Below are positions 19,021 to 28,957 of a DNA stretch of 64,000 bases, in pieces; position 1 is the stretch's first letter; each line of letters starts with the position of its first letter. The notes beneath the pieces were generated by a model. The model had not been told where the DNA came from. It did no database searches and was given only the letters and a program-made list of their open reading frames with translations. The position numbers and the translations under genes were made by a program. Source of the stretch: a virus (taxonomy: Duplodnaviria > Caudoviricetes); the IMG/VR virus record IMGVR_UViG_3300021400_000095, one strand, 5' to 3'.

Positions 19021-19650
19021 TTAAATTTCTGGTTTTCTTCCTGTTAATTTATAAACAAAGTTTCTTAATCTTTCACTTTCATTATATTTTACTTCTGCTT
19101 TTTTAGACAATGGCATTCCATGCTCATCAAAATTTGTTTTAGCAAATATCATCAAATCCTTTCTACTATTTAGATTTCCACCATCATTTGCCCATTCAAG
19201 AGCATGTTCTTCTGAGAATTTTTTTGTCTTTAAAAACAATTCACTGGGTTCATTCACATATATTGTATAATTACTACCAATTGGGCTTCTACCATCCCAA
19301 ATATAAGCAGTTTTTAATGTAATAATATAATTATAATTATCTATATTACTTTCTTCAATTTTCAAGGCAATAAACATGCAATTGTTTTGATTAACAATTT
19401 GATAAATCTGTTTAATTGTACCAAAATCATTAATTGAATTCATTAATCTTTTTTTAAGTTCAGGCAATGCAAGTGATATGGTTGCAAAAACATCACTTAA
19501 ACTTAAATTATATTCTTTCATTCTTTCCAGAACATGTGGTTTTTTTGTTTTCTGAATAAGAACATCATCAATTTGTCCAAGATAATTTAAGTTTTTGCTA
19601 ATTGATTCTTTGATTAATTCAATCAATTTTTTCTCATTAATCTGTACCAT
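19021..19650 (-). CDS. hypothetical protein with L-x-E leader
   Basis: QINEKKLIELIKESISKNL. Confidence 0.65.
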   Translation of the reverse strand: MVQINEKKLIELIKESISKNLNYLGQIDDVLIQKTKKPHVLERMKEYNLSLSDVFATISLALPELKKRLMNSINDFGTIKQIYQIVNQNNCMFIALKIEESNIDNYNYIITLKTAYIWDGRSPIGSNYTIYVNEPSELFLKTKKFSEEHALEWANDGGNLNSRKDLMIFAKTNFDEHGMPLSKKAEVKYNESERLRNFVYKLTGRKPEI

Positions 19651-19655
19651 ATATA

Positions 19656-20111
19656 TTATATCAGTTTATCAATTAATTTTTCCAAAGCATGTGTAAAATA
19701 AAATCTTTCATTTTTCTTAATGATTTTATAACCATTTATTTCTGGCTTTGTAATACCATGTTTGTCAGTAAAATATGTTGTACACCACAATTTTGATAAA
19801 TCAATATCTAAATTTGCTTGTAATTTAAATAAATGAATATCTTTTCCTCTAATATACTCATGTATCCCAAGGTCAATTATTTCATTTCTTGCTTCACTAA
19901 CATCAAGACCAGATTCTTCTCTTAATTCTCTAATGGCAGTATCAAGGTCATTCTCACCAACATCAGAACAACCTTTAAGTAAATCATAACATTCCTTGTC
20001 ATATCCTCTTCCTGTTGGATGACCTGCTAAAATACTGCCATTATTATCAACAAGAATAATGCCACAAGTAATTATATTACCATTTTTTTGCCTTTTTAAA
20101 TTTTCTGCCAT
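19656..20111 (-). CDS. NUDIX hydrolase
   Basis: Nudix box GCSDVGENDLDTAIRELREESGL. Confidence 0.9.
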   Translation of the reverse strand: MAENLKRQKNGNIITCGIILVDNNGSILAGHPTGRGYDKECYDLLKGCSDVGENDLDTAIRELREESGLDVSEARNEIIDLGIHEYIRGKDIHLFKLQANLDIDLSKLWCTTYFTDKHGITKPEINGYKIIKKNERFYFTHALEKLIDKLI

Positions 20112-20114
20112 TAT

Positions 20115-20345
20115 TTATAGTGTTTTTACAAAATCATTAAAATCTTTTTCATAAACATTATCATCACTTTTAACATGTTCAGAACAATTCTTATTTAAAA
20201 GTAATGCCATTAATATGTCTTTGTTAAATTCTCCATCAGGTGATTCTTGTAGTATTTTATTTTTTGCAATACAACAAAAATCACCATCCCACCATGCAAA
20301 ATGCTTACAATTTACACAGTTATTTTCAGGTATCTGTATCATCAT
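20115..20345 (-). CDS. small Cys-rich protein
   Basis: CVNCKHF...CC...C; start set at MMIQIP. Confidence 0.6.
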   Translation of the reverse strand: MMIQIPENNCVNCKHFAWWDGDFCCIAKNKILQESPDGEFNKDILMALLLNKNCSEHVKSDDNVYEKDFNDFVKTL

Positions 20346-20733
20346 TTTCTTTATTAAATTTTTCAATTGCCTGTTTAATTTCAGGCTTATATTCCAAATA
20401 ATCCAAATCAGGGTCACAAACATTGTCAATCAATACATCTGCATCTGTGACAATTCTCTGAAATGAACCACAATAATTTGCTTTTTTCCATTTTAGTCTA
20501 ATAAATTCATACAAAATCAATCTATTATCCACCTCACCCCAAATGTCTGAACCTTCAGTTTCTTTTAAATCTTTCTCTATCTTAAGCAATAACTTCTTAT
20601 CTTCATCATCATCATTCCATTCTCTCCAAGATTCTTCATCAGAAAAAAATTTGTTATCAAACAAGTCATCCATTATATTGATAAAGTCATATACTTTATC
20701 AAATTCTTTACTATCTGCTTTTGCAACTTTCAT
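20326..20733 (-). CDS. acidic hypothetical protein
   Basis: 135-aa ORF. Confidence 0.65.
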   Translation of the reverse strand: MKVAKADSKEFDKVYDFINIMDDLFDNKFFSDEESWREWNDDDEDKKLLLKIEKDLKETEGSDIWGEVDNRLILYEFIRLKWKKANYCGSFQRIVTDADVLIDNVCDPDLDYLEYKPEIKQAIEKFNKENDDTDT

Positions 20734-20788
20734 GTTTTGTTAATATTTAAATTATCTCTATTTACTTGTCCTCCTTTGCTTTTACTCC

Positions 20789-21067
20789 TTACACTATTGC
20801 CCACTCTGCACCTGCTTTGAAACCATCAATACAGCCGTGGTCATAGTCAGCAATAGAGGCAATGGCATAATCCTTTGAATAAAGTTGTTTTCTAGCATTG
20901 TCTGCAAAATCTATTGCTGCCTCATCAAGATTGGAGGGGAGAGAAGGCTGCAAATTATTCACTATATCATCAGCAAATCTGTTTAACATAATCTCCAATT
21001 CTTCCTTCTCCATGGCATGACCTTCATACACAGAGATATATTGATTAATTATTTGTTCTCTATTCAT
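20789..21067 (-). CDS. family C module protein
   Basis: QPSLPSNLDEAA...GFKAGAEW. Confidence 0.65.
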   Translation of the reverse strand: MNREQIINQYISVYEGHAMEKEELEIMLNRFADDIVNNLQPSLPSNLDEAAIDFADNARKQLYSKDYAIASIADYDHGCIDGFKAGAEWAIV

Positions 21068-21259
21068 ATCATTTTGCTTTTAATCAATTAGCACTTTTCC
21101 AAGAAACTTCTTTCCCCAACCATCTTCCTCTGTCATAACCTCAACTTTATTTGGGGTAAAGTCTGCAAGACCATAAAACATTATTACATCAGCCTCTTGT
21201 GGCATCTTTTGTAATTCTTTAATTAATTCTTGAACAGTCATATCATTTTGCTTTTAATC
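21064..21259. repeat. 22-bp direct repeat flanking one microgene (21064-21085, 21238-21259)
   Basis: tcatatcattttgcttttaatc twice. Confidence 0.85.
21080..21241 (-). CDS. 53-aa protein MTVQELIKELQKMPQEADV...
   Basis: Hand-translated; below ORF-track cutoff. Confidence 0.7.
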   Translation of the reverse strand: MTVQELIKELQKMPQEADVIMFYGLADFTPNKVEVMTEEDGWGKKFLGKVLID

Positions 21260-21680
21260 TAAGTTCATAGAAGTGTTTGGCAATTGTCAATCCTACATTT
21301 CTATTTATAAGTGTGCTGAATACTGGGTCATCTTCAACATATTCTTTGTATTCCTTCTCCAAATCAATCTCAGGCTGCTTTCCATAAAGAAATTCCTGAA
21401 CAGTAGGCCCTATATTATTCCAAGGCTCCAATTCTTTCCATTCTTTTTCAAGTTGTTCTTTTGGTGTTGTATCAAGATGGTGTTTAAGTTTTGCAACTAT
21501 ATCCACCTTTGGCTGCTCCTGCTGAAGAGAGTATTGGTTTCTAACATCTTTTAATAATGTTTCAATAGCATCTTTCCTGTAATCATCACCATTAGCATAT
21601 CCTTTTGAATAAGCATAAATTCTTTCTTCAAGGTCATGAATTAGACTGTCTGCATCAATGTATTTCTCAATATATTCCAT
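21243..21680 (-). CDS. family C module protein
   Basis: KYID...SLQQEQP...DLEKE...IAKHFY. Confidence 0.7.
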   Translation of the reverse strand: MEYIEKYIDADSLIHDLEERIYAYSKGYANGDDYRKDAIETLLKDVRNQYSLQQEQPKVDIVAKLKHHLDTTPKEQLEKEWKELEPWNNIGPTVQEFLYGKQPEIDLEKEYKEYVEDDPVFSTLINRNVGLTIAKHFYELRLKAK

Positions 21681-21683
21681 ATC

Positions 21684-22076
21684 TTATTCATTTTTATACA
21701 TTCCTTTAGGTGCTTCTATAGCAAGTCCCTTTTCAATTAAACCTCTAAAATCAAAATGATGTTCAAGAGCATAATCAAGAGCATTTTCATTACAAGGGAA
21801 CATTCCTTCATAACAATTTATTGCTCTATATTCATTTTCCTCTTCCTTAGCCATACTTGACATTGACCTGAGATAAGGTCTGCAATCTTCAATAAGGGAA
21901 GATTGCTGATAATGTAATTCATTTTGCCTTGTTACAATAGTACCATTCTCAGGAATAATTGTAATAATGTTTGTATTATACCTGCTTCCATAATTGTATC
22001 TTGCACAACATTTTACTCCATAAGGTAATCTTGCACAAAGGTCTTTAAGTAATAATTGTTTTTCTTCCTGTGTCAT
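21684..22076 (-). CDS. family B cassette protein, copy 2
   Basis: Three conserved blocks. Confidence 0.85.
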   Translation of the reverse strand: MTQEEKQLLLKDLCARLPYGVKCCARYNYGSRYNTNIITIIPENGTIVTRQNELHYQQSSLIEDCRPYLRSMSSMAKEEENEYRAINCYEGMFPCNENALDYALEHHFDFRGLIEKGLAIEAPKGMYKNE

Positions 22077-22424
22077 TTACTTATCCTCCTTTCTTGCATT
22101 AGGGTCAAGGTTTAAGAAGTGACTGGCAATATTTACAGCAAAATTACTCCATGTTGGATTACTCAACATTTTCTTGTCCATTGGAGTCATATTAAACCAC
22201 ACTTCTTTTCTTGAATCATATTCAAGACAAAATTTCTCAACCTCCTTCTCCAAGTTCACCTCCAGCTGCTCCTGCTGGAGAGAGTTGATGATGTAAAGTA
22301 TATCCTTTATTGCTATTTGATACCCTCTCTCTTCCATTCCATCTTCAAAACCTTGCTCACATTGTAGACCTTTTATCCCAGCAATCAGTTTTTCTACATC
22401 AATGTATTTCTTAATATATTTCAT
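22077..22424 (-). CDS. family C module protein
   Basis: KYID...SLQQEQ...NLEKE...IASHF. Confidence 0.7.
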   Translation of the reverse strand: MKYIKKYIDVEKLIAGIKGLQCEQGFEDGMEERGYQIAIKDILYIINSLQQEQLEVNLEKEVEKFCLEYDSRKEVWFNMTPMDKKMLSNPTWSNFAVNIASHFLNLDPNARKEDK

Positions 22425-22427
22425 ATT

Positions 22428-22853
22428 CTATTCAGTTTTATACATTCCTTCTGGTGCTTCAAGAGCAAGTCCTTTTTCTATAAGACCATGTATATCCAAA
22501 TATTTTGAATATAAATAATCTGTTGACTTGATGTTATTCTCAGTAGTAGCTAACCACTTCTCTTCATTAGATGTTGCATCAAACCATTTATTTCCCATAT
22601 CAAAAGCAAAACCATTGAGAACCTTTTTTTCTTCCTCAGTCATACTTGACATTGGCCTGAGATAAGGCTTTATTTTATCAATGTTAAATACTTCTGACCA
22701 ATATTCAGAATCATTAGCAACACTTAATTCAATTAGTTCAGAGGTATTTATAGCATAGGCATAGCCAACACCATTTTCTGTTTTAACATATGTTTTGTAT
22801 GGCAGTCTTCCACAAAGGTCTTTAAGCAATAATTGTTTTTCTTCTTGTGTCAT
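22428..22853 (-). CDS. family B cassette protein, copy 3
   Basis: Three conserved blocks; start set at MTQEE. Confidence 0.85.
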   Translation of the reverse strand: MTQEEKQLLLKDLCGRLPYKTYVKTENGVGYAYAINTSELIELSVANDSEYWSEVFNIDKIKPYLRPMSSMTEEEKKVLNGFAFDMGNKWFDATSNEEKWLATTENNIKSTDYLYSKYLDIHGLIEKGLALEAPEGMYKTE

Positions 22854-22866
22854 ATTTATTTTATTT

Positions 22867-23418
22867 TTAATCCCACCATTCAGCATCATGTTCATATCTT
22901 ATTTTGTGATAAAGATATTTTGCTTTTAATAAATAAAATTCATGTGGATTATTAATATAATGTTTTTTCACATTATCATCTTTTATAAATCTGTCAATAT
23001 TCTTAGTATTTACATTTACAAGACATTTATATTTAAAATCATCACTTTTCTTTATTTCATAATTGTCATCAGATATTTTGGAAAAATATAGATTACCATC
23101 ATAATCAAATAAATTTGTTTCATTTTCCATTATATTAATAAGATTTAAACAAATCTGCATATCTCTTATTACATATTCAACACCAACAAACCTATTTGCC
23201 TTTTTATGATAATTTATCATTTCTTGAATCTTGGCCTTTTCAAGTTCATATAAAAAACTTTCCTGCCATGGATAACCTTTCAAGGCTGTTATAATGATTC
23301 TCCAAAAGTCTCTGTTAAAATGGTATTTAAACCAAGATGTAATTTCATACCATTTATTTTTTAAAGAATCTAAGTCTTTTATGCTTTTAAAAAATGATTT
23401 ACCAACTATTACTTCCAT
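22867..23418 (-). CDS. phage hypothetical protein ending WWD
   Basis: 183-aa ORF. Confidence 0.7.
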   Translation of the reverse strand: MEVIVGKSFFKSIKDLDSLKNKWYEITSWFKYHFNRDFWRIIITALKGYPWQESFLYELEKAKIQEMINYHKKANRFVGVEYVIRDMQICLNLINIMENETNLFDYDGNLYFSKISDDNYEIKKSDDFKYKCLVNVNTKNIDRFIKDDNVKKHYINNPHEFYLLKAKYLYHKIRYEHDAEWWD

Positions 23419-23420
23419 AT

Positions 23421-23684
23421 TTAATAAGTATCACCAGGGTCACTGTCTTTAACTTCAATGTAATTTGCATCATTCTCATCTAAATGAATTAAATCAAAAT
23501 TGATGCATGGAATTGTTATTTTTGAATCACAATTTGTACATTCTAAAACAACATTATTAGAATCAAAGTCTTTTAATAACATTGAACCATTTAAACATAT
23601 TGGGCATGAAATTGCATCATGTACAATATTTATAACTTGCCCATTCTTTAATGTAATCTTTCTCCTTGTGTTAATGTTTCTCAT
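23421..23684 (-). CDS. zinc-ribbon protein
   Basis: CPIC...CTNC. Confidence 0.7.
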   Translation of the reverse strand: MRNINTRRKITLKNGQVINIVHDAISCPICLNGSMLLKDFDSNNVVLECTNCDSKITIPCINFDLIHLDENDANYIEVKDSDPGDTY

Positions 23685-23703
23685 CTTATTTTGCTCTTTT
23701 TTA

Positions 23704-23757
23704 CAAAAATATAAAAAATAATTGATTATAACAAACTTATAGCAAAAATTATGCCAA
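23704..23757 (-). promoter_or_regulatory. tandem sigma54-like box (23741-23757) and sigmaA promoter (23704-23735)
   Basis: TTGGCATAATTTTTGCT; TTTG-N20-TATTTTTG. Confidence 0.7.
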
Positions 23758-23816
23758 AAATAAAAAAATTGGGAGATTTGTTTATTAAATCCCCCAATTT
23801 ATATTTAAAAACTACT

Positions 23817-25430
23817 TTACTGTACAAGAAGAAGTACTTCCTGAGTAAGTGCATCCTGAACAACTTCCTCCATTGTAGGCTGAACCTTCTTTCCAGTGTT
23901 AGGGTCAACCTTCACTTCACCTGAAAGGATGAGGCTGATAACAGAACCATCAAATCCTGAGACAAGATACTGTCCACCATGTTCCATGGTTGCAGGTACA
24001 TCCTTGCTTGCACCACTCCTACCTGCACAATACCACCAAACAACCTTGAACTCATCAACCCATTCACTTGGGAAAAATCTCCTAAGTTTTGCCATCATGG
24101 TCTCATAGTTAGTCCTACCACCACAACTATTAAACTGCATGTCACTAACAACAAGAAGAGTCTGTGGAAAGTCTTCAAGTGGCATTTCAGGATGTTCAAC
24201 CCTGGTCTTACAAATCAGGTCAATCAAACTCTGATAATTAGTACCACCCCAAGCAACTTTGCTATTCTGGATTTGGAACCACTTGTCAACAAAACTGTCT
24301 CCCTTAAGTGTCTTAAGAGTTGAAGTGTCATCAAACATTGCCACAACATTGTGGAATGCACCCTTGTTCAATTCTGAGAAATAAATTCCCAAAGAAACAC
24401 AGACATCAAAAGAAGTAAGTCCATTAGGACCACCATTAATAGGGCATGTCATAGAACCTGAGGTGTCTAGTGCACAAAGCACATTACCATTAATTGCACC
24501 ATTATTCTTAGATGCAGTTTCAATAAGATTCTTGAACTGCTTGTCAATGGTAATCTTTGTTACATCAGTAACTTCACCATAACTAGGCAACTTCATAGCA
24601 AGTTCAAATGGATAACCATTAAACTTAGCAACAGGCTGTTCCATAAGCCACTTAATATAACTGTTCTTAAGGTTGTGATTAGTAAGGAACTTTCCACTCA
24701 CAAGATTAAGAAGAGCCTTACCAGGAATAGTATTCCACTTAATGTTAGAATAGTTCCTTGCACAAATGGTCCTCTGGAATTCATGTGCCTTACCTGTTGA
24801 CTTGAACTCTCTATAGTCCTTCATAGACCAACCAACATACTTAGCAAAATCCTTTGCAAGCTGATTGGTAGACTTAGCCCAATCAGTAGTACAAAGCTTG
24901 TTACTCCTGATTCTAGGCATATACTTCTTAACAAGGTCCCTATGATTATCATCATTGATACCAAGAGCAATGACATCAAAGAACTTTTCCTTATCCAAGG
25001 AATCATCCATTGAAAGAAGCACCCAAAGGTCCTTCCAAGAACCAACAACAGGGAGAAGCCAAAGATTCCTATAGAATTCATCAGCATGATACCTTGCAAT
25101 CCAAAGGAGTCTCTTGAAAGATTCATCCTTTGCACCCTGTCCCTTCTGAACCTTTTCAGTCTTATCACCACCAATGATATTAGACTGTCTGGTAATCATT
25201 CTAAGGTAAAAAGGAAACCTGAGGGCATTGACAGGATTTTCACCCCAAAGAGTGGCCTGTTCAGCCCAAACAGTGTTAATGTCCCTACCTCTTGCAGTAC
25301 CTGCATGAGCAAACTGGTCAAGAAGTGCAGAACCTGCACTTGCATATGAAACTGCACCATTTTCAGTCCTTGCACCATTAGCACCAGCACCAATTGTGTT
25401 CACCTTAATAAAACTATTCATATTTTCCAT
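23817..25430 (-). CDS. DUF2828-like TROVE/vWA protein
   Basis: TENGA, GQG, GSWKDL, MIDAS DTSGSM, WGGTNY, VVSDMQF. Confidence 0.85.
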   Translation of the reverse strand: MENMNSFIKVNTIGAGANGARTENGAVSYASAGSALLDQFAHAGTARGRDINTVWAEQATLWGENPVNALRFPFYLRMITRQSNIIGGDKTEKVQKGQGAKDESFKRLLWIARYHADEFYRNLWLLPVVGSWKDLWVLLSMDDSLDKEKFFDVIALGINDDNHRDLVKKYMPRIRSNKLCTTDWAKSTNQLAKDFAKYVGWSMKDYREFKSTGKAHEFQRTICARNYSNIKWNTIPGKALLNLVSGKFLTNHNLKNSYIKWLMEQPVAKFNGYPFELAMKLPSYGEVTDVTKITIDKQFKNLIETASKNNGAINGNVLCALDTSGSMTCPINGGPNGLTSFDVCVSLGIYFSELNKGAFHNVVAMFDDTSTLKTLKGDSFVDKWFQIQNSKVAWGGTNYQSLIDLICKTRVEHPEMPLEDFPQTLLVVSDMQFNSCGGRTNYETMMAKLRRFFPSEWVDEFKVVWWYCAGRSGASKDVPATMEHGGQYLVSGFDGSVISLILSGEVKVDPNTGKKVQPTMEEVVQDALTQEVLLLVQ

Positions 25431-25489
25431 AATCAGAAATTTTTTATGTTAAACTTATTTTTTATTGCTGTTAAATTTCTTTTGTTTTG

Positions 25490-25567
25490 CAAATATACAA
25501 ACAAAATTTTAATATCACAAATTTATTTGATGTTTTTTTCTCTTTTATATAACAAAAACCATGCCAA
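25490..25567 (-). promoter_or_regulatory. tandem sigma54-like box (25551-25567) and sigmaA promoter (25490-25521)
   Basis: TTGGCATGGTTTTTGTT; TTTG-N20-TATATTTG. Confidence 0.7.
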
Positions 25568-25590
25568 AAACTATTCTTTTGTAAAGATTT

Positions 25591-25851
25591 TTACTTTTTT
25601 TTATTATTTGGCCTCATTCTATTGTAGAATTCTTCTGTAAAACAAGCACCACTTGGCCACATTTTAACATATTTCTGGCCTTTATAAATGAGCCTGTCCA
25701 TGACATCATCAGGGTCATCAGGATGTCTACCAATACTTGTTGCCACATCTTTCTTCCTTTCAATGTCCCAAAATATGGCAACAACTATTCCAAGTAAAAT
25801 GAGTACTAACAATGGCCACCATTGTGTTAAAAAAATCATAATCTGTTCCAT
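25591..25851 (-). CDS. small membrane protein
   Basis: N-terminal TM helix. Confidence 0.6.
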   Translation of the reverse strand: MEQIMIFLTQWWPLLVLILLGIVVAIFWDIERKKDVATSIGRHPDDPDDVMDRLIYKGQKYVKMWPSGACFTEEFYNRMRPNNKKK

Positions 25852-26140
25852 ATCAAAATTAAAAGTTAATCATCCCATGCATCAGCAAGTTTCCTCAATG
25901 CTTCTGCAACTTTACTGTTTCCAACATAATAGCCATGCTCACATAGCCAATTCATAAGTGCTTTATATCTTCTTCTTTCATTTCTAAATTAAAATTTCTA
26001 TTTAAACCAGTCTGTTCCAAATATTCTTGCAAAAAATATTCCAATAAGGCCATACTCATATATCTCTTCTTCACTAAAATGATAATAATGTTTAGCCCAA
26101 TAATTTCCAAATAGACAAACAATTATAAGTGTTATCATCT

Positions 26141-26593
26141 TTATTCAGTTTTATACATTCCATCAGGTGCTTCTATAGCAAGTCCTTTTTCAATTAAACC
26201 CCTATAATCAAAATGATGTGCAAGAAGCCAATCAACTTCATCAACATTAAAATCAAGCCCATGAGTATAAAAATGCTGTAACTCATCATACTCAAATTTT
26301 TCATCTGAAGTCATACTTGACATTGGTCTAAGATAAGGTTTAATATTTTCTATCTCCACATATTCATCAAAATCAAAGCAATATACCAAATCACTTTCAA
26401 TGTCAATTTCAGTTATTTTACTGTCACCATGTCTTAAATCAGTACATATTACACTATATGGCAACCCTCCACAAAGGACTTTTAGTAATAATTGTTTTTC
26501 TTCCTGTGTCATATTACAAAACATTCTTTTATATTCTTTCTGTAGTTCTTCATTTTCATGACCATAGAATGAAAGGATGTCAAACTTCCCCAT
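26141..26593 (-). CDS. family B cassette protein, copy 4 (core starts at 26512)
   Basis: Three blocks plus a possible 27-aa extension. Confidence 0.8.
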   Translation of the reverse strand: MGKFDILSFYGHENEELQKEYKRMFCNMTQEEKQLLLKVLCGGLPYSVICTDLRHGDSKITEIDIESDLVYCFDFDEYVEIENIKPYLRPMSSMTSDEKFEYDELQHFYTHGLDFNVDEVDWLLAHHFDYRGLIEKGLAIEAPDGMYKTE

Positions 26594-26595
26594 AT

Positions 26596-27027
26596 TTATT
26601 CAGTTTTATACATTCCTTCAGGTGCTTCAAGAGCAAGTCCTTGTTCAATTAAACCACAATAGTCAAAATGATGTGCATTAAGCCAATCAAATACTTTAAT
26701 GACACAATAATGTGGTACTTCTGAAAGATAAAATTCAAGTGTTTTGCAATTATCCCATTCTACCAATTCAAGTTGGTCATATTGCAATTCTGTTACAGTT
26801 GTCAAATTTATAAATTCTTCCTCAGTCATACTTGATATTGGTCTAAGATAAGGTTTAATATCTTCAACCTTGTACTTATATTTACCATTGTCAAATTCAA
26901 GGCAATAAACCTTATAAGGAGATACTGACAAAAGTTTCTTGGCCTGTCCAAGTCTATTACAAATCACCCCATAAGGCAATCTTGCACAAAGGTCTTTCAA
27001 CAACAATTGTTTTTCTTCTTGTGTCAT
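26596..27027 (-). CDS. family B cassette protein, copy 5
   Basis: Three conserved blocks. Confidence 0.85.
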   Translation of the reverse strand: MTQEEKQLLLKDLCARLPYGVICNRLGQAKKLLSVSPYKVYCLEFDNGKYKYKVEDIKPYLRPISSMTEEEFINLTTVTELQYDQLELVEWDNCKTLEFYLSEVPHYCVIKVFDWLNAHHFDYCGLIEQGLALEAPEGMYKTE

Positions 27028-27031
27028 TTTC

Positions 27032-27292
27032 TTACTTCTTCAAATAGTTAATAAAGTTTTCAATAATATAGTTTGACATGTCATCAGGATGATTAAAACC
27101 AAGTTTTTTAAGAGCAATCTTTAAATCTGTTTCTTCATCTTCCCATAACTTCCAGTTATTCCTAATCCATCTTCCTAAAGTGTGATGAACAGAAATTGCA
27201 CCATTTTCAATAAGATATTCTTTATCTTCATTAGTAATCATTGAATTTAGCAAATCAATGCATTCATCAATGTTATTAGGTATTTTGTCCAT
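27032..27292 (-). CDS. DUF6794-like protein
   Basis: HHTLGRWIRNNWKLW...HPDDMS. Confidence 0.7.
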   Translation of the reverse strand: MDKIPNNIDECIDLLNSMITNEDKEYLIENGAISVHHTLGRWIRNNWKLWEDEETDLKIALKKLGFNHPDDMSNYIIENFINYLKK

Positions 27293-27304
27293 ATTAGTAT
27301 TTGT

Positions 27305-27913
27305 TTAATCAGTATATCCTTTGTCTTCCCACCATTCTTTATGTAGATATTTTTCAAGTGTCCAATCATTATCATAAAGTGGATTTCTTACAAATTTATA
27401 GTTAGTTTGTCCATCATGATGTTCTTTTGGAAAATCCATTTCAGTAATATCAATACCATCAATAAGAGCATGGAGAATTGTCAATATTTTTTCTGTGGTT
27501 TCAATAAATTTACTAAGATACTTTTGTTTATAAAAAGCATTATCCCAGTTGCTTTTCAATGCCCACTTGATTCCTCTTAAATCATGATATGCTTCATTAA
27601 TAAGAGCAATATTTGGATTAGCCCAAATTTCAGCATTATCTTTAAAATGAAAATATCCATCTGGACTATTACTATCTTTATAGTGAAGCACTCTATCTCT
27701 TACATATCTGTAATAAAGATAAATTCCATTATTTGAAAGTTCATATGTGTCATACACATATCTTCCAATCAGTTTAATAATGTCATCATCATATAAATCA
27801 AAATATTCATCCAAAAGATATTTTTCTGGAGATTTTCTAAACTCATGATTTTTAATTTTATCATGCAATACTCTCAATTTGTTAAGAGTTTCTTGTGATA
27901 TTGGTTTAAACAT
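27305..27913 (-). CDS. hypothetical protein
   Basis: 202-aa ORF. Confidence 0.65.
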   Translation of the reverse strand: MFKPISQETLNKLRVLHDKIKNHEFRKSPEKYLLDEYFDLYDDDIIKLIGRYVYDTYELSNNGIYLYYRYVRDRVLHYKDSNSPDGYFHFKDNAEIWANPNIALINEAYHDLRGIKWALKSNWDNAFYKQKYLSKFIETTEKILTILHALIDGIDITEMDFPKEHHDGQTNYKFVRNPLYDNDWTLEKYLHKEWWEDKGYTD

Positions 27914-27921
27914 ATATTTAG

Positions 27922-28458
27922 TTAATTATTAAATCCCATACATTCTCTATTAAAACAAATAATAGGATTGTTCCTATCAATATATCCATGTTCAATAATA
28001 TTCCTAATAGAAGAAGGTTCATCAAAAACACATCTACTTAGAATATTACACATTAAAATATTAGATGCATCAATTAAATTTTGGTCTAATGGAAGATTAT
28101 ACCATGCTGCTTCACTAAGTTCACTGACAAACATTCCTGTTGCAAAAGCATTTAAGTTATACTTTTCAGCAAAAACATTTGCATTACACCAAAAGCAAAT
28201 AACAGGTTTATCTCTAAAAAATTGCAAATCTTCTGAGGTTATAACATACCTGTTACCAATCTTATCAAGAAGTCCATATTCAGTACCATGTCCAAGAAAA
28301 ACAATCCTGTCAGCATCTGCAAGTGCTGCTCTTATTGAGTGACTTGAAATTCTTGTACCTTCAAGTACAGTTATACCATCATTGTTTAAATAATCATTAT
28401 AAACAATGTTTAAAAACTCAGTTGAAGGGTCTGTTGGATGTATAAACAATGTTCTCAT
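27922..28458 (-). CDS. hypothetical protein, possible clan CD cysteine-protease fold
   Basis: IVFLGHG ... ICFWCNA. Confidence 0.5.
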   Translation of the reverse strand: MRTLFIHPTDPSTEFLNIVYNDYLNNDGITVLEGTRISSHSIRAALADADRIVFLGHGTEYGLLDKIGNRYVITSEDLQFFRDKPVICFWCNANVFAEKYNLNAFATGMFVSELSEAAWYNLPLDQNLIDASNILMCNILSRCVFDEPSSIRNIIEHGYIDRNNPIICFNRECMGFNN

Positions 28459-28490
28459 ATTAATTAATATATTATCTTTCTCCTTTTAAT

Positions 28491-28507
28491 ATCAAAAATC
28501 ATGCCAT
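28491..28507 (-). promoter_or_regulatory. sigma54-like -24/-12 box
   Basis: ATGGCATGATTTTTGAT. Confidence 0.6.
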
Positions 28508-28516
28508 GATTTTATT

Positions 28517-28957
28517 TTAAATCAAATTTTCAAGGCAATATTTGATTGCTGCTTCACAGGCATCTTCATAAGAAGGATAGTTAACTGCTTTATGTGGAAG
28601 ATAGGTTTTTATCTCTGTATCATGGTCTTGGACAATCTCTTTTAGGGAAGTTATTTGAATATGCCAGCCTAATCTGAAATCATAACCAACATCACAGTGA
28701 AGATTATGCCATTTTCTCAGCCACTTCATGACCATTTGGAGGGTTGGTGCTGACATTTTTCTACTTGAAATATTAATGTGAACATCTAATTCATTATTTT
28801 CTATAGATGCATTGTGATTTTCTCTTATTGGGCTATAACATAAAGTCCTTGTAACTGAATCTTCAATATAGTAACAATTTGTATTACAATCAAACCCCTT
28901 CTCTTTCAGGAGTTTGGCTGTTTCAAAACTTACATAATCTTCAGAAATCATATTCAT
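28517..28957 (-). CDS. family A cassette protein, copy 7
   Basis: MISEDYVSFETAKLL / APTLQMVMKWLR / YEDACEAAIKYCLENLI. Confidence 0.85.
   Translation of the reverse strand: MNMISEDYVSFETAKLLKEKGFDCNTNCYYIEDSVTRTLCYSPIRENHNASIENNELDVHINISSRKMSAPTLQMVMKWLRKWHNLHCDVGYDFRLGWHIQITSLKEIVQDHDTEIKTYLPHKAVNYPSYEDACEAAIKYCLENLI

Noticed and set aside
12145-22427. Read-through fusions at TAG-NNN-ATG junctions (12148/12144, 22428/22424)
   Set aside because: The same 3-nt spacing occurs after TAA and TGA stops, so it is ordinary gene packing.
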